From Fibrobacterota bacterium (GTDB lineage: Bacteria; Fibrobacterota; Fibrobacteria; UBA11236): a DNA stretch of 64,000 bases. The stretch covers positions 25,755 through 89,754 of the forward strand of contig JAEKLQ010000027.1 in assembly GCA_019509785.1 (NCBI GenBank), written 5' to 3'. Under the pieces are notes generated by a model. The model made no database searches. It was not told where the DNA came from and saw nothing but the letters and a program-made list of their open reading frames with translations. The position numbers and the translations under genes are program-made. This document shows, in pieces, positions 21,263 to 30,860 of this stretch (within the stretch, counting starts at the first letter, position 1; every line of letters starts with the position of its first letter).

Positions 21263-23098
21263 CTACTCTACGGTCACGCTCTTCGCCAGGTTCCTCGGCG
21301 TATCCACATCGCATCCCCGCATCACCGCCACATGATAGGCCAACAGCTGCAGCGGCACCACCGAAAGCAAAGGCGTCAGCATATGCAGGGTCTTCGGGAT
21401 GATGATGGTCCAATCGGCCAGCTTGCCCAGGTTGGCTTCGGAATCGGTGATGGCGATGATCTTGCCGCCGCGGGCCTTCACTTCCTGCATGTTCGACAGC
21501 ATCTTGTCGAAAAGGGCGTCGGTGGGGGCGATGACCACGGTGGGCATGTTCGAATCGATAAGGGCGATGGGCCCGTGCTTCATTTCGGCCGCGGGATAGC
21601 CCTCGGCGTGGATGTAGGAGATTTCCTTCAGCTTTAGCGCGCCTTCCAAGGCCACCGGATAATTGTAGCCGCGCCCCAGGAAGAGGAAGTTGCCGTGGTC
21701 CTTGATCTCCTTGGCGATGGACTTGATCTGATCGTTGAGCTGCAGGATCTCCTTGATCTGGTCGGGGATCTTGTTGAGCGCCTTGCAGATCTTCATGCCC
21801 TCGTCGGGCGATGTGCGGCGCATGCGTCCCAAAAGCAGGGCGATCAAGGTCAATACGGTGACCTGCGAGGTGAAGGCCTTGGTCGAAGCGACGCCTATCT
21901 CGGGGCCGGCATGCAGGTAGACGCCGCCGTCGGTCTCGCGCGCGATGCTGGAGCCCACAACGTTGCAGATGCCCAGGACGGTGGCGCCCTTCTGCTTGGC
22001 TTCCCGTAGGGCGGCCAGGGTATCCGCAGTTTCGCCGGATTGGGAAATCACGAACACCAGGGTCTTGTCGTTGATGATCGGGTTGCGGTAGCGGAACTCC
22101 GAGGCGTATTCGACCTCGACCGGGATGCCCGACAGCTCCTCGATGAGGTATTCGCCCACCTTGGCGGCGTAGAAGCTAGTGCCGCAAGCCGCGATGATGA
22201 TGCGCTGGATGGAACGCAATTCCTGGGTCACGAGGTTCAGGCCTTGCAACTTGGCGGTTCCGTCGGGCAGGATGCGGCCACGCAGGGAATTGAGCACGGT
22301 GGTGGGTTGCTCGAAGATTTCCTTGAGCATGAAATGATCGAAGTTGCCGCGCGCCACCTGCTCGGCGCTGAACTCGATGTTCTGCACCTCGCGGCGGACC
22401 TCGGCATTGGCCTGGTTGGTGATCTTGTAATTGCCGTTCAGGACCACCATGTCGTTGTCGTCGAGGTAGACCACCTTTTGGGTATGTTCCACTATGGGCG
22501 CCACGTCCGAGGCCAGGAAGAATTCGTTATCGCCGACGCCCAAGACCAGCGGGCTGCCGCGCCGGGCGCCTACCAGCACTCCGGGTTCATGGGCCGAAAC
22601 CACCACGATGCCGAAGGCGCCTTCCAGGCTGGCGAGGGCTTCCGAGACGGCTTTTGCCAGGTCGCCGGGCTTGCCGGGCAATTGCTTATAGAACTTGGAG
22701 ATGAGGTGGACGATGACTTCGGTGTCGGTCTCGGACTTGAAGACCACGCCTTCCTTCTGGAGCGCGGCCTTGATGATGGCGTAGTTCTCGATGATCCCGT
22801 TATGCACCACCGCGAATTTCCCGTCTTCGCTGGTATGGGGATGGGCGTTCATCACCGAGGGGGCGCCGTGGGTCGCCCACCGCGTATGGCCGATGCCCAC
22901 GCTGCCCGTGAGCGGCCCGGTCTTGAGGGCATTCTCCAGTTCCACCAACTTGCCCTTTGCGCGCACCAGTTCCAGCTTGTGGTCGCTCTGGATGCAAACG
23001 CCCGCGCTATCGTAACCGCGGTACTCGAGCTTTTTCAGCCCTTCCACCAGGATTTGTTGGGCATTGCGCTTTCCGGTATAGGCCACGATTCCGCACAT
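21263..23098 (-). CDS. glmS: Glutamine--fructose-6-phosphate aminotransferase
   Basis: MCGIV N-terminus, LEYRGYDSAG, GHTRWATHG, SQSGETADT, PRNLAKSVTVE. Confidence 0.98.
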   Translation of the reverse strand: MCGIVAYTGKRNAQQILVEGLKKLEYRGYDSAGVCIQSDHKLELVRAKGKLVELENALKTGPLTGSVGIGHTRWATHGAPSVMNAHPHTSEDGKFAVVHNGIIENYAIIKAALQKEGVVFKSETDTEVIVHLISKFYKQLPGKPGDLAKAVSEALASLEGAFGIVVVSAHEPGVLVGARRGSPLVLGVGDNEFFLASDVAPIVEHTQKVVYLDDNDMVVLNGNYKITNQANAEVRREVQNIEFSAEQVARGNFDHFMLKEIFEQPTTVLNSLRGRILPDGTAKLQGLNLVTQELRSIQRIIIAACGTSFYAAKVGEYLIEELSGIPVEVEYASEFRYRNPIINDKTLVFVISQSGETADTLAALREAKQKGATVLGICNVVGSSIARETDGGVYLHAGPEIGVASTKAFTSQVTVLTLIALLLGRMRRTSPDEGMKICKALNKIPDQIKEILQLNDQIKSIAKEIKDHGNFLFLGRGYNYPVALEGALKLKEISYIHAEGYPAAEMKHGPIALIDSNMPTVVIAPTDALFDKMLSNMQEVKARGGKIIAITDSEANLGKLADWTIIIPKTLHMLTPLLSVVPLQLLAYHVAVMRGCDVDTPRNLAKSVTVE

Positions 23099-23173
23099 AG
23101 ACGTCAATCCTTCGTTGATAAGGCAAAAGGCGAGTTGGAATATCCGAAATTCAATCTGCCGGGACGCATTTTC

Positions 23174-24517
23174 CTATCCCAATTCCGCTTCGATCGCTTT
23201 GCACAGCTTTTGCGCCTGGTCCTTGTCCGGGGCTTCGGCGATGACGCGCACGACCGGTTCGGTGTTGGAAGCGCGCAAGTGGACCCAGCTCTTCTCCCAT
23301 TCGAAGCGGAGCCCGTCTTGCCGATCGACCTTGGCATCGGGGAAGCGGGTAGCCAGCTTCGCGATGATGGCCTGCAAATCCTTGCCCGCCACCGAATACT
23401 TCTGCTTTTCGATATGGTATGCCGGGATGGATGCGGCGATGGCGGAGAGCGGTTTGCCTTTTTCGGCCATCAATTGCAGGGTCATGGCCACCGCCAGGAT
23501 GCCGTCGCGGCCGTAATGGAGATCCGGCGAAATGACGCCTCCGTTGCCTTCGCCGCCGATGACGCTGCCGTTCTTCTTCATCCCCACCGTCACGTTGATC
23601 TCGCCGACCTTGGTGCGCAGCACCGGCACCTTATGGCGCGCGGCGATGTCCTCGACCATGCGGCTGGTGGAGAGGTTCACGGCCACCGGGCCCGTTTTGT
23701 GGTCCAGCACGAGCATGGTCGCGAAGGCCAAGGTGTATTCCTCGCCGATGGCCTTGCCGCCGTCGACCACGATGGCGCAACGGTCCGCGTCCGGGTCGGT
23801 GGCGAAGCCGACGTGGCAGCCCTTCCGCCGCACCAGCTCTTCCAATTGGACCAGATTCTCCGGCGTGGGTTCCGCCCCATGGGGGAAGATGCCGTTGGGT
23901 TCCACGTGGATGAGCTCCATGTCGCAGCCCAGGGCCTTCAATAATTTCGGGACGATAAGGCTGCCGGCGCCGTTCACGGCGTCATAAGCCACGCGGAAGC
24001 GTTTGGCGCGGATGAGATCGGGTTTGATGAACGGGAGCTTGAGGACGGCTTCGATATGGCGTTCGTCGGCGCCTTCGCGCCGGCCCACCGGCTTCACGTC
24101 CGCCCATCCCTTCCAGTCGAAGCGATTGTTATCCACCAATTCGAAGAGCTGTTTCACCTGGGGCTCGTCCAGGAAAATGCCTTCGTGGGTGAGGAACTTG
24201 AGGGCGTTCCACTCGATGGGGTTATGCGAGGCGGTGATGATGATGCCGCCCCCCGCCTTGGATTCGATGACTTCCATTTCCACCGTGGGGGTGCTGGCCA
24301 CCCCCAGCATGATGGCTTCCGCGCCCGAGGCCGAGCAGGCCGAAGCCACCAGGTTCTCGATCATGAATCCGGTGGGCCGGGTATCCCGGCCGACCACCAC
24401 TTTCTTGGCGCCGGTCAATTGGATGAACGCGTTCACGTAGTTGACGATCAGGGATGGCGAAAAGGCCGGCCCGATGATGCCACGGATGCCCGAAACGGAC
24501 CGCATCAATACCGACAT
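23174..24517 (-). CDS. glmM: Phosphoglucosamine mutase / phosphohexomutase
   Basis: TASHNP, DPDADR, GEGNGG, RASNTEP; adjacent to glmS. Confidence 0.85.
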   Translation of the reverse strand: MSVLMRSVSGIRGIIGPAFSPSLIVNYVNAFIQLTGAKKVVVGRDTRPTGFMIENLVASACSASGAEAIMLGVASTPTVEMEVIESKAGGGIIITASHNPIEWNALKFLTHEGIFLDEPQVKQLFELVDNNRFDWKGWADVKPVGRREGADERHIEAVLKLPFIKPDLIRAKRFRVAYDAVNGAGSLIVPKLLKALGCDMELIHVEPNGIFPHGAEPTPENLVQLEELVRRKGCHVGFATDPDADRCAIVVDGGKAIGEEYTLAFATMLVLDHKTGPVAVNLSTSRMVEDIAARHKVPVLRTKVGEINVTVGMKKNGSVIGGEGNGGVISPDLHYGRDGILAVAMTLQLMAEKGKPLSAIAASIPAYHIEKQKYSVAGKDLQAIIAKLATRFPDAKVDRQDGLRFEWEKSWVHLRASNTEPVVRVIAEAPDKDQAQKLCKAIEAELG

Positions 24518-24717
24518 CCCTAATCCTCCCTTATGGCTGGCGCGAAGGGCCGTAAGCGACGGCCCGCATTACCCGGACAAGATACCTTAAGGCCGAAGGG
24601 CATGTCAATCGCATCGACGCTTCCTAAGCGCCGGAAAATGTTACACTTGCGAGACGACATCTTGACCTTTGCGCCTATGGGTTTGGACATTTTTTACTTG
24701 CGGTGGGAAACCTTCGA

Positions 24718-25221
24718 ATGAACCTGATAAGAAAGTGGTTGGGAACCTCGGGAACGGCGCTTCTCTGCATCATTATCCCGGTTCGCGCCCAGTCCCCGTC
24801 CCGCCAACCCGTTCCCAAGCTTTCCTTCCGTTATGAGGTGCCCTCCAGCGATACTGCATCCCGCGCCGACAAGCTCATCGTTCACGTGGAGATCGCTCCC
24901 GGCTGGCACATCAATTCCGATGCCCCCCTGGACGATTTCCTGGTACCAACGCGGGTGGAAGCGAAGGCGGAAGGATGCGAGTTCGGCAAGCCCGGATACC
25001 CGCGGCCCGAACGGGTTCATTCCGATGCCATGGGCGGAGATGTGCTTCTATTCTCCGGCGCCTTCGACGTGGTATTGCCCTTTCTCAAGAAGCCTTCGTC
25101 GCGGAATGCGGATGGGCCCGGGGGGCCCCGCACAATCGTCACCTTGAAATATCAGGCATGCGATCAGGCGACCTGCTACCCGCCCAAGGAAATCTCGTCA
25201 GAGTCGCGGATGGCTCGCTGA
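24718..25221 (+). CDS. Stand-alone DsbD N-terminal-like domain protein
   Basis: Signal peptide, IAPGWHINS, YQACDQATCYPP. Confidence 0.75.
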   Translation: MNLIRKWLGTSGTALLCIIIPVRAQSPSRQPVPKLSFRYEVPSSDTASRADKLIVHVEIAPGWHINSDAPLDDFLVPTRVEAKAEGCEFGKPGYPRPERVHSDAMGGDVLLFSGAFDVVLPFLKKPSSRNADGPGGPRTIVTLKYQACDQATCYPPKEISSESRMAR

Positions 25222-25263
25222 GGTAGGGACGCGGTTCCGACACATGGGAACGATTCGGAAGGG

Positions 25264-26655
25264 TCAGGCGCCAGGCGGCAGTAGGGTCGCGATCAGATCG
25301 TACTCGCTCGCATCGTCGATGCGCACTTTGCGGAAGCTGCCGGGATCGGCTTCCATGGCCCCTTCGGCGCCATAGATCATCACGGTATTGTCCACCTCGG
25401 GCGCGTCTCCCTCGGTGCGGCCCGTGAAGTGGTGATCGGCTCCTTCCGCCGCCGCGTCGATGATCACCTCGACGACATCCCCGATGCGCTTCTCGTTCTC
25501 TTCCAGGGAGATCTGCCGCTGCAGCGTCATCATCCGATCCACTCGCGCCTCGATGACGTCCTGGGGAACCTTGGGTTCCAGGTCATAGGCGAAGGTGCCT
25601 TCCTCGTCCGAGTACGAAAAGCAGCCCAAATGCCGGAAGCGCATCTCCTCCAGGAAGGCCATGAGGATTTCTACGTCCTCTTCGGTTTCGCCGGGATATC
25701 CCAGCAGCGCCGTGGTACGTAGGGCGAGGCCCGGAATGGCCTTGCGCATGCGCGCGAGTCCTTCGTGCAACTGCACGGAGTCGTAATTGCGGCGCATGGC
25801 CTTGAGCATGGCCGAACTGGCGTGTTGGATAGGGATATCCAGGTACTTGCAAATGCGCTTTTCGTTCGCCATCACGTCGATGAGCCCGTCCGTGATGAAG
25901 GCGGGATAGGCGTACATCATGCGGAACCACGGGATGTCGGTATGCCTTAGAAGCGCATGCAAAAGCTGCTCCAGGCTTTCCTGGCCGCCGCTCTCGCGCC
26001 CGAAATAAGTCAGGTCCTGCGCGATGAGGGAGATTTCCTTGACCCCCCACTCTTGCAATTGCTGGGCCTCGCCCACGATGTCGGCGATGCTCCGGCTCTT
26101 TTGCTTGCCGCGCATGCCGGGGATGGCGCAGAACCCGCATACGCGGTTGCAGCCCTCCGCGATCTTCAGGAAGGCATGATGGCGTTCCTCGCCCATCAAG
26201 GCGCGCGGTCCCGCCCCCACCTTGCAGTCCGAAGGCAGGGAGGAGTTGAGCCCCAGGCGCTCCAGCATTTCCCCGGGCCTGTAGGTGCCGATGAACAGGT
26301 CCACCTCGGGGATATCTTTTTTGAGATCCTCCATGTACCGTTGCGCCAGGCAGCCGGCCACCACCAGCTTTTCGCCCTTGCCCTTGCTCCCGACCGCCGC
26401 GAGGATTTCCTGGATGGATTCTTCCTTGGCGGCTTCGATGAATCCGCAGGTATTGATGACCGTGATGGCGGCCTTTTCGTCTTCCTCATCGGCCAGGATG
26501 AATCCGGCCCGGCCGAACTCGCCCAGGATGTTCTCGCTATCGACCTGGTTCTTGGAACAGCCCAGGTTCAGGAGGCGGACTTTGGGGGACGGGGAAATGG
26601 CGGAGGCGCCGGCCGGCGGAGCGTCCGGCCGATTTTTCGTTTTACGAGGGGGCAT
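25264..26655 (-). CDS. rimO: Ribosomal protein S12 methylthiotransferase RimO
   Basis: LGCSKNQVDSE, NTCGFIEAAKEESI, radical-SAM CNRVCGFC, DAPEVD TRAM domain. Confidence 0.95.
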   Translation of the reverse strand: MPPRKTKNRPDAPPAGASAISPSPKVRLLNLGCSKNQVDSENILGEFGRAGFILADEEDEKAAITVINTCGFIEAAKEESIQEILAAVGSKGKGEKLVVAGCLAQRYMEDLKKDIPEVDLFIGTYRPGEMLERLGLNSSLPSDCKVGAGPRALMGEERHHAFLKIAEGCNRVCGFCAIPGMRGKQKSRSIADIVGEAQQLQEWGVKEISLIAQDLTYFGRESGGQESLEQLLHALLRHTDIPWFRMMYAYPAFITDGLIDVMANEKRICKYLDIPIQHASSAMLKAMRRNYDSVQLHEGLARMRKAIPGLALRTTALLGYPGETEEDVEILMAFLEEMRFRHLGCFSYSDEEGTFAYDLEPKVPQDVIEARVDRMMTLQRQISLEENEKRIGDVVEVIIDAAAEGADHHFTGRTEGDAPEVDNTVMIYGAEGAMEADPGSFRKVRIDDASEYDLIATLLPPGA

Positions 26656-26684
26656 TCAGGAACGGTAGGAAATGCCGAGGCGGA

Positions 26685-27692
26685 TTACCACTCGTCGAGA
26701 TTGACCTTACCGGAATCGGCCTTGGCAGGCTGGCCCGGGGCCTTCGCGGAAGAGGCGGGCGCGGGCGAGGCGGGAGCCGCATCCGGGGAGGGGGTGGGGG
26801 CTGAAGGCGAAGCGGCGGCGGAAGCCGGCTTCGTGCCCGGTAAATCCGACGAGGCGGCTGGAGCGGGCGTGGAGGTTTCCGGCTTGGAATTGCTCCAGGA
26901 ATCCCCGGAGGCAGGCGCAGCGGGTTCCGCGGTCTTGGGTTCGCTCGGAGCCGCGTCAGTGGGCGTTCCCCAGGTCCCGCCCGGCGGGGCGCTGGGCTCG
27001 GCGGCGGCGGTTTTGGATTTCTTGCCCTTACCTTTGCGCGGCGCGGGGGCCTCCGCGCTCGGCGTGGCGCTGCCGGAAGCGGGCTCCGCGGCGGGGGCGG
27101 AATAGCTGCCCCCAGCCCCGCCTACGGCGTCGTTCTTCTTATTGTCCACCCAATAGTCATAACCGAGGGGCTTGAGAGTATTGTCGCCGAAGGCCTTGGC
27201 GTCCCCGATTTTTAGAAACTTGCCGATGCGTACGCGCTGATAGGTGCCCGACAATTGGGGAACGGGATCGTTTACTTCCGCGACATAAGCGGGATAACCC
27301 TGTCCCGAAAGTTTCTCCACCAGGGCCCCTGCCTGTTTCTTGCTCTTGAATATGGCGACCTGGACCACGAAATGGCCGGCATCCGAGAAGCCGGCTTCCG
27401 AAGCCGGCGCCGAGGCCGCGCCCGGATTCTTCCCCTTGCCCTTGCCGGGATGGAAGGTGTTCTTGGCGCTGCCGGGCTTATCCTTGCCCACCTGCTGCAA
27501 ATTGGGCTCCTCGGCCAAAGTCGCCGAGGTATCCGTCTCTTTCGGGGGAGCGGCCGCGGGGACCTCTTCCACGACCGCGGAGTTTTCTTTGTCCTTCTTA
27601 CAACCGCCAATCAGCAATACCAGGCTGGCGGCAAACACGAATTGCAAATAACGGTGAGACAAACTTGCCCCCTCGGATAACGCGGTTTTCAC
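26685..27692 (-). CDS. SPOR-domain lipoprotein with Pro/Ala-rich tail
   Basis: LLIGGC lipobox; FVVQVAIFKS...YQRVRIGKF SPOR pattern; GTG start with upstream GGAGG. Confidence 0.75.
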   Translation of the reverse strand: MKTALSEGASLSHRYLQFVFAASLVLLIGGCKKDKENSAVVEEVPAAAPPKETDTSATLAEEPNLQQVGKDKPGSAKNTFHPGKGKGKNPGAASAPASEAGFSDAGHFVVQVAIFKSKKQAGALVEKLSGQGYPAYVAEVNDPVPQLSGTYQRVRIGKFLKIGDAKAFGDNTLKPLGYDYWVDNKKNDAVGGAGGSYSAPAAEPASGSATPSAEAPAPRKGKGKKSKTAAAEPSAPPGGTWGTPTDAAPSEPKTAEPAAPASGDSWSNSKPETSTPAPAASSDLPGTKPASAAASPSAPTPSPDAAPASPAPASSAKAPGQPAKADSGKVNLDEW

Positions 27693-28001
27693 GAGTTTTC
27701 TCTTCCCTCCAGGAATCGTATGACTCCTTTTTGGGGAATTTCAAGGATCTTAACCGACAAACCCCAAATTATACAAAAATTTAATATGCCTCCCTCCTGC
27801 ATCAACCTGCTTAAGAGCATTTGCAAAGGGGAAGCATCCAATTACCCGGAACCACCTATCGAGGTCTCTCAAGTACCCAGGCAGCGGTTCGTATGGAATG
27901 GTAACCAATGAGAATTTTCGGGTTTGTCTAACCTTTTGATTTCACTTAGGTTAAAGAAAGGGATCAGCCGGCGTTAACCTCTCTAAATACCCCCATTTTC
28001 A

Positions 28002-28030
28002 TTGACACCGGTAAGCCCGCTTGATACATT
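28002..28030 (+). promoter_or_regulatory. Sigma70 promoter of rpsU
   Basis: TTGACA (28002-28007), 17 bp with extended TG, TACATT (28025-28030). Confidence 0.7.
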
Positions 28031-28096
28031 ACCAAACGGACCTTGGCCGCTTCGGCAGGGTCCTTAGGCACGGAAAAGAGGTGAATTCAACTACCC

Positions 28097-28294
28097 ATGA
28101 CAGGCGTTATCGTACGACCCGGTGAATCCTTCGAAAAGGCTTTGCGGAGGTTCACCAAGACCTGCGAGAAGTCGGGCATTTTGTCCGACGTGAAGAAGAA
28201 CCAGCGCTTCGAAAAGCCTTCCGATGAAAAGAAACGGAAGCGCAATCAAGCCATTCGCAAGCATATCAAAGAGCAATTGGAAGCAAATGTCTGA
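28097..28294 (+). CDS. rpsU: 30S ribosomal protein S21
   Basis: ESFEKALRRF, FEKPS; 65-aa basic protein. Confidence 0.95.
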   Translation: MTGVIVRPGESFEKALRRFTKTCEKSGILSDVKKNQRFEKPSDEKKRKRNQAIRKHIKEQLEANV

Positions 28295-28349
28295 ACGCCG
28301 GAGACCGGTGGCGCCGTAAGGCGTGCCGGTCGCTAGGTCCCTTCGGACG

Positions 28350-28382
28350 AAAAGCGGTTCCCCTTCCGGGAACCGCTTTTTT
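28350..28382. terminator. Bidirectional intrinsic terminator
   Basis: AAAAGCGGTTCCC-cttcc-GGGAACCGCTTTTTT between convergent rpsU and the response regulator gene. Confidence 0.85.
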
Positions 28383-28387
28383 GTTGC

Positions 28388-29299
28388 CTAAATCTCGTTG
28401 ATGATGAGGGGCTTGTTGCCCGCGTACTTCTCTTCGAAGTAGTTGAAGATGCAGCACTCGCAGCGCTTGCCCTTCTCGATGTTGATGATGAAGCGATCGA
28501 CGTATTTGCGGGTGATGAAGAAGCCGCGGCCGTGGTAATCGAAAATGCCCATGGGCAGGCCCTTTTCGTCATGGGTGGTTTGGCGATCGAGCCAATAGAG
28601 AACGGTGTGCTTGTCGAGCTTGCCGCCCCGGTCCAGCACCGACACCCCGAACTTTTCCCGATCGCGGCAGGCGGTTACGATCACGGCCTGATCGTCCGGG
28701 AGCCGGAAATCCTTCACCCATTCCTGCTTGCGGTCGCCGGACTCATTGCGCGCTCCGTAAAAAAGCGCGTTGGTCATGAGTTCGATCAGCACGACCTTGA
28801 ATTTGTTGTGCGTCGGGGTACCGGAATAATGCTGCGAAAGCGATTCGCTGATCTCATCGATTTGCGAGGGCTCTACCAGCTTGTAGGTTTGGCTGGCGCA
28901 AGGTTCGAGCATGTATTGCGACAAGCCGAAAATGGCGTTGTTGAGGAGCGCGTTCAGGATCTCGCGGATCTCCTTGAAATTCAGGGGGACGGTCTTGGTG
29001 ATGACGTTGCCTACGTTATGGTCCCGCACCATGCGCATGTAATCGTCGAGGTTATAGGCGGTCATCAGTACGCGCTTGACTTGCGGATACGCGTCTTCCA
29101 CCTTGCGGAGGAGTTCGAAGCCCGTCATGTGGGGCATATTGATGTCCGAAAGGATCATGTCATAACGCGCTGCGGATAGCTTCAGCAGGGCGGTGGGGCC
29201 GTCGGGCGCGGTGTCGGCCGCGTAACCGAAAATGCGAAGCGCGTCCGAGAGCATGTCCCGGATGGGAGCTTCGTCATCCACCACTAGGATCTTGAACAT
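28388..29299 (-). CDS. Response regulator: receiver domain fused to a HATPase (RsbW/anti-sigma kinase-like) domain
   Basis: KILVVDDE, SDINMP, MTAY, TK receiver motifs; ELMTNA (N box), DRGG (G1), HGRGFFI (G2). Confidence 0.8.
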   Translation of the reverse strand: MFKILVVDDEAPIRDMLSDALRIFGYAADTAPDGPTALLKLSAARYDMILSDINMPHMTGFELLRKVEDAYPQVKRVLMTAYNLDDYMRMVRDHNVGNVITKTVPLNFKEIREILNALLNNAIFGLSQYMLEPCASQTYKLVEPSQIDEISESLSQHYSGTPTHNKFKVVLIELMTNALFYGARNESGDRKQEWVKDFRLPDDQAVIVTACRDREKFGVSVLDRGGKLDKHTVLYWLDRQTTHDEKGLPMGIFDYHGRGFFITRKYVDRFIINIEKGKRCECCIFNYFEEKYAGNKPLIINEI

Positions 29300-29384
29300 G
29301 GGTTTCCGCTTTTGACTAAATTTCCCGAACGTGCCAACATCCGAATTAAACGCAAGTATACGCTCGCGAGGTGTTGAAAGCAAG

Positions 29385-30860
29385 ATGCCTGCGCCTACCG
29401 CGGCGGGCTGGATCGAGGGGCTGAATGCCGAACAGGCGGAGGCGGTCTCGGCCGATCCGGACTGCGCGTTGCTGGTCCTGGCGGGGGCCGGATCCGGGAA
29501 GACCACGGTGCTTACGCGCCGCGCGGCTTACCTTTGCGATCCCGCCTTCGGAGGAAGGGGGGTGTTGGCCCTGACTTTCACGAAGGACGCGGCCCTGGAG
29601 ATGGAAACGCGTTTGCGCGCTTCAGGCGCCTGGGATCGAGCCGCCGATCCGCCTTGGATCGGTACCTTTCATGCTTTCGCGTTTTCCTTGATCCGGGAGG
29701 AAGGCAATTGGGGGCGTCTCGGTTTTTCCGTCTGCCCTCGCCTGCTCGGGGACGACGATGCGGAGGCCTGGGTCCGTAGCGAATTGGAATCGGAGCGGTC
29801 CGCCGGTCGGGCGCCCGATCTGACGCCCGCCACGCTATCCGCTTGGCTGGCGGACGCCTTCGCCGAGGATTCGGACGGGGATGGGGCCCGCGGAGCCGGG
29901 GAGCGGGCGGATTGGCGCTGCCGTTTCCGGGCGTATCTCCTCTCACAGGGCATGCTCGGCTTCGGGGACATGGTCACCTTGGCGTTACGTCTGCTGGGCG
30001 AGCATCCGGACCTGCTGGCGGGATACCGAGCGCGCTGGCCGCGCATCCTGGTGGACGAATTCCAGGATACCTCGCGGGATCAACTGGAATTGGTCCGACT
30101 CCTGGCCGACGATCCGCCGCGCCTGTTCCTGGTCGGCGACGACGACCAAGCCATCTACGGTTTTCGCGGGGCGGATCCCGGCAATCTGCGGGCGGCCATG
30201 GAAATGTTCCCCGGCCTGCGCGTGCTGAAGCTGGAAACCAACTACCGCTCTTCAGGTCCCATCGTCAGTTACGCGAATTCCGTTTTCTACGGGAAGCCCG
30301 CGGCTTTGCGCAAGCGGTTGCGGCCTGGATCCTCGCGGGGCCACGCCCCCGTACGCACCCTGATCCATGCCGATGGCGCGGAACAGGCGCGCTGGATGAT
30401 CGGCGAGATGGAGCGGCTGCGGAAAGAGGAAGGATTGGCCTGGTCCGAGATGGCCATCCTGTTCCGCATCAACGCGCTCGAGCCTTATTACCGCGTGGCT
30501 TTGGAGCGCCTGGCGGGGGCCGAAGCGGCGCGGGAGGTGATCTTGGCCACCGTGCATGCGGCCAAGGGGCTCGAGTACGCCGCCGTCTTTTTCATGGGGC
30601 TGGAGGACGGCATCTTGCCCAATCGGCGCGCCGGCGCTCCCTTGCCCCGCGAGCGGATGGACGAGGAACGGCGCATCTTCTACGTGGGCGTAACGCGCGC
30701 CCAACGATTCCTCTACCTTTGCGCTTGCCGCCGCCGCGTCTTGCGGGGCAAGCCGGTGCAGGCCGCGCCCTCGCCCTTCCTGCGGCGGGGCCTTTCGGCC
30801 TGGCCGGTCGCCATGACACAGGCCCTGAGGGCCCTGCGCGGAAAGGATGCCCGATCATGA
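29385..30860 (+). CDS. UvrD/Rep-family SF1A helicase, compact form
   Basis: AGAGSGKT, TFHAF, VDEFQD, VGDDDQAIYGFRGA, LETNYRS, TVHAAKGLEY, EERRIFYVGVTRA. Confidence 0.9.
   Translation: MPAPTAAGWIEGLNAEQAEAVSADPDCALLVLAGAGSGKTTVLTRRAAYLCDPAFGGRGVLALTFTKDAALEMETRLRASGAWDRAADPPWIGTFHAFAFSLIREEGNWGRLGFSVCPRLLGDDDAEAWVRSELESERSAGRAPDLTPATLSAWLADAFAEDSDGDGARGAGERADWRCRFRAYLLSQGMLGFGDMVTLALRLLGEHPDLLAGYRARWPRILVDEFQDTSRDQLELVRLLADDPPRLFLVGDDDQAIYGFRGADPGNLRAAMEMFPGLRVLKLETNYRSSGPIVSYANSVFYGKPAALRKRLRPGSSRGHAPVRTLIHADGAEQARWMIGEMERLRKEEGLAWSEMAILFRINALEPYYRVALERLAGAEAAREVILATVHAAKGLEYAAVFFMGLEDGILPNRRAGAPLPRERMDEERRIFYVGVTRAQRFLYLCACRRRVLRGKPVQAAPSPFLRRGLSAWPVAMTQALRALRGKDARS

Noticed and set aside
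23099..23173. glmS ribozyme upstream of glmS
   Set aside because: Only 75 bp separate glmM and glmS, and no recognisable ribozyme core is present.
27693..28001. ncRNA or 63-aa ORF in the AT-rich gap upstream of rpsU
   Set aside because: No recognisable tRNA, riboswitch or 6S features, and the ORF looks non-coding; best explained as divergent promoter DNA.
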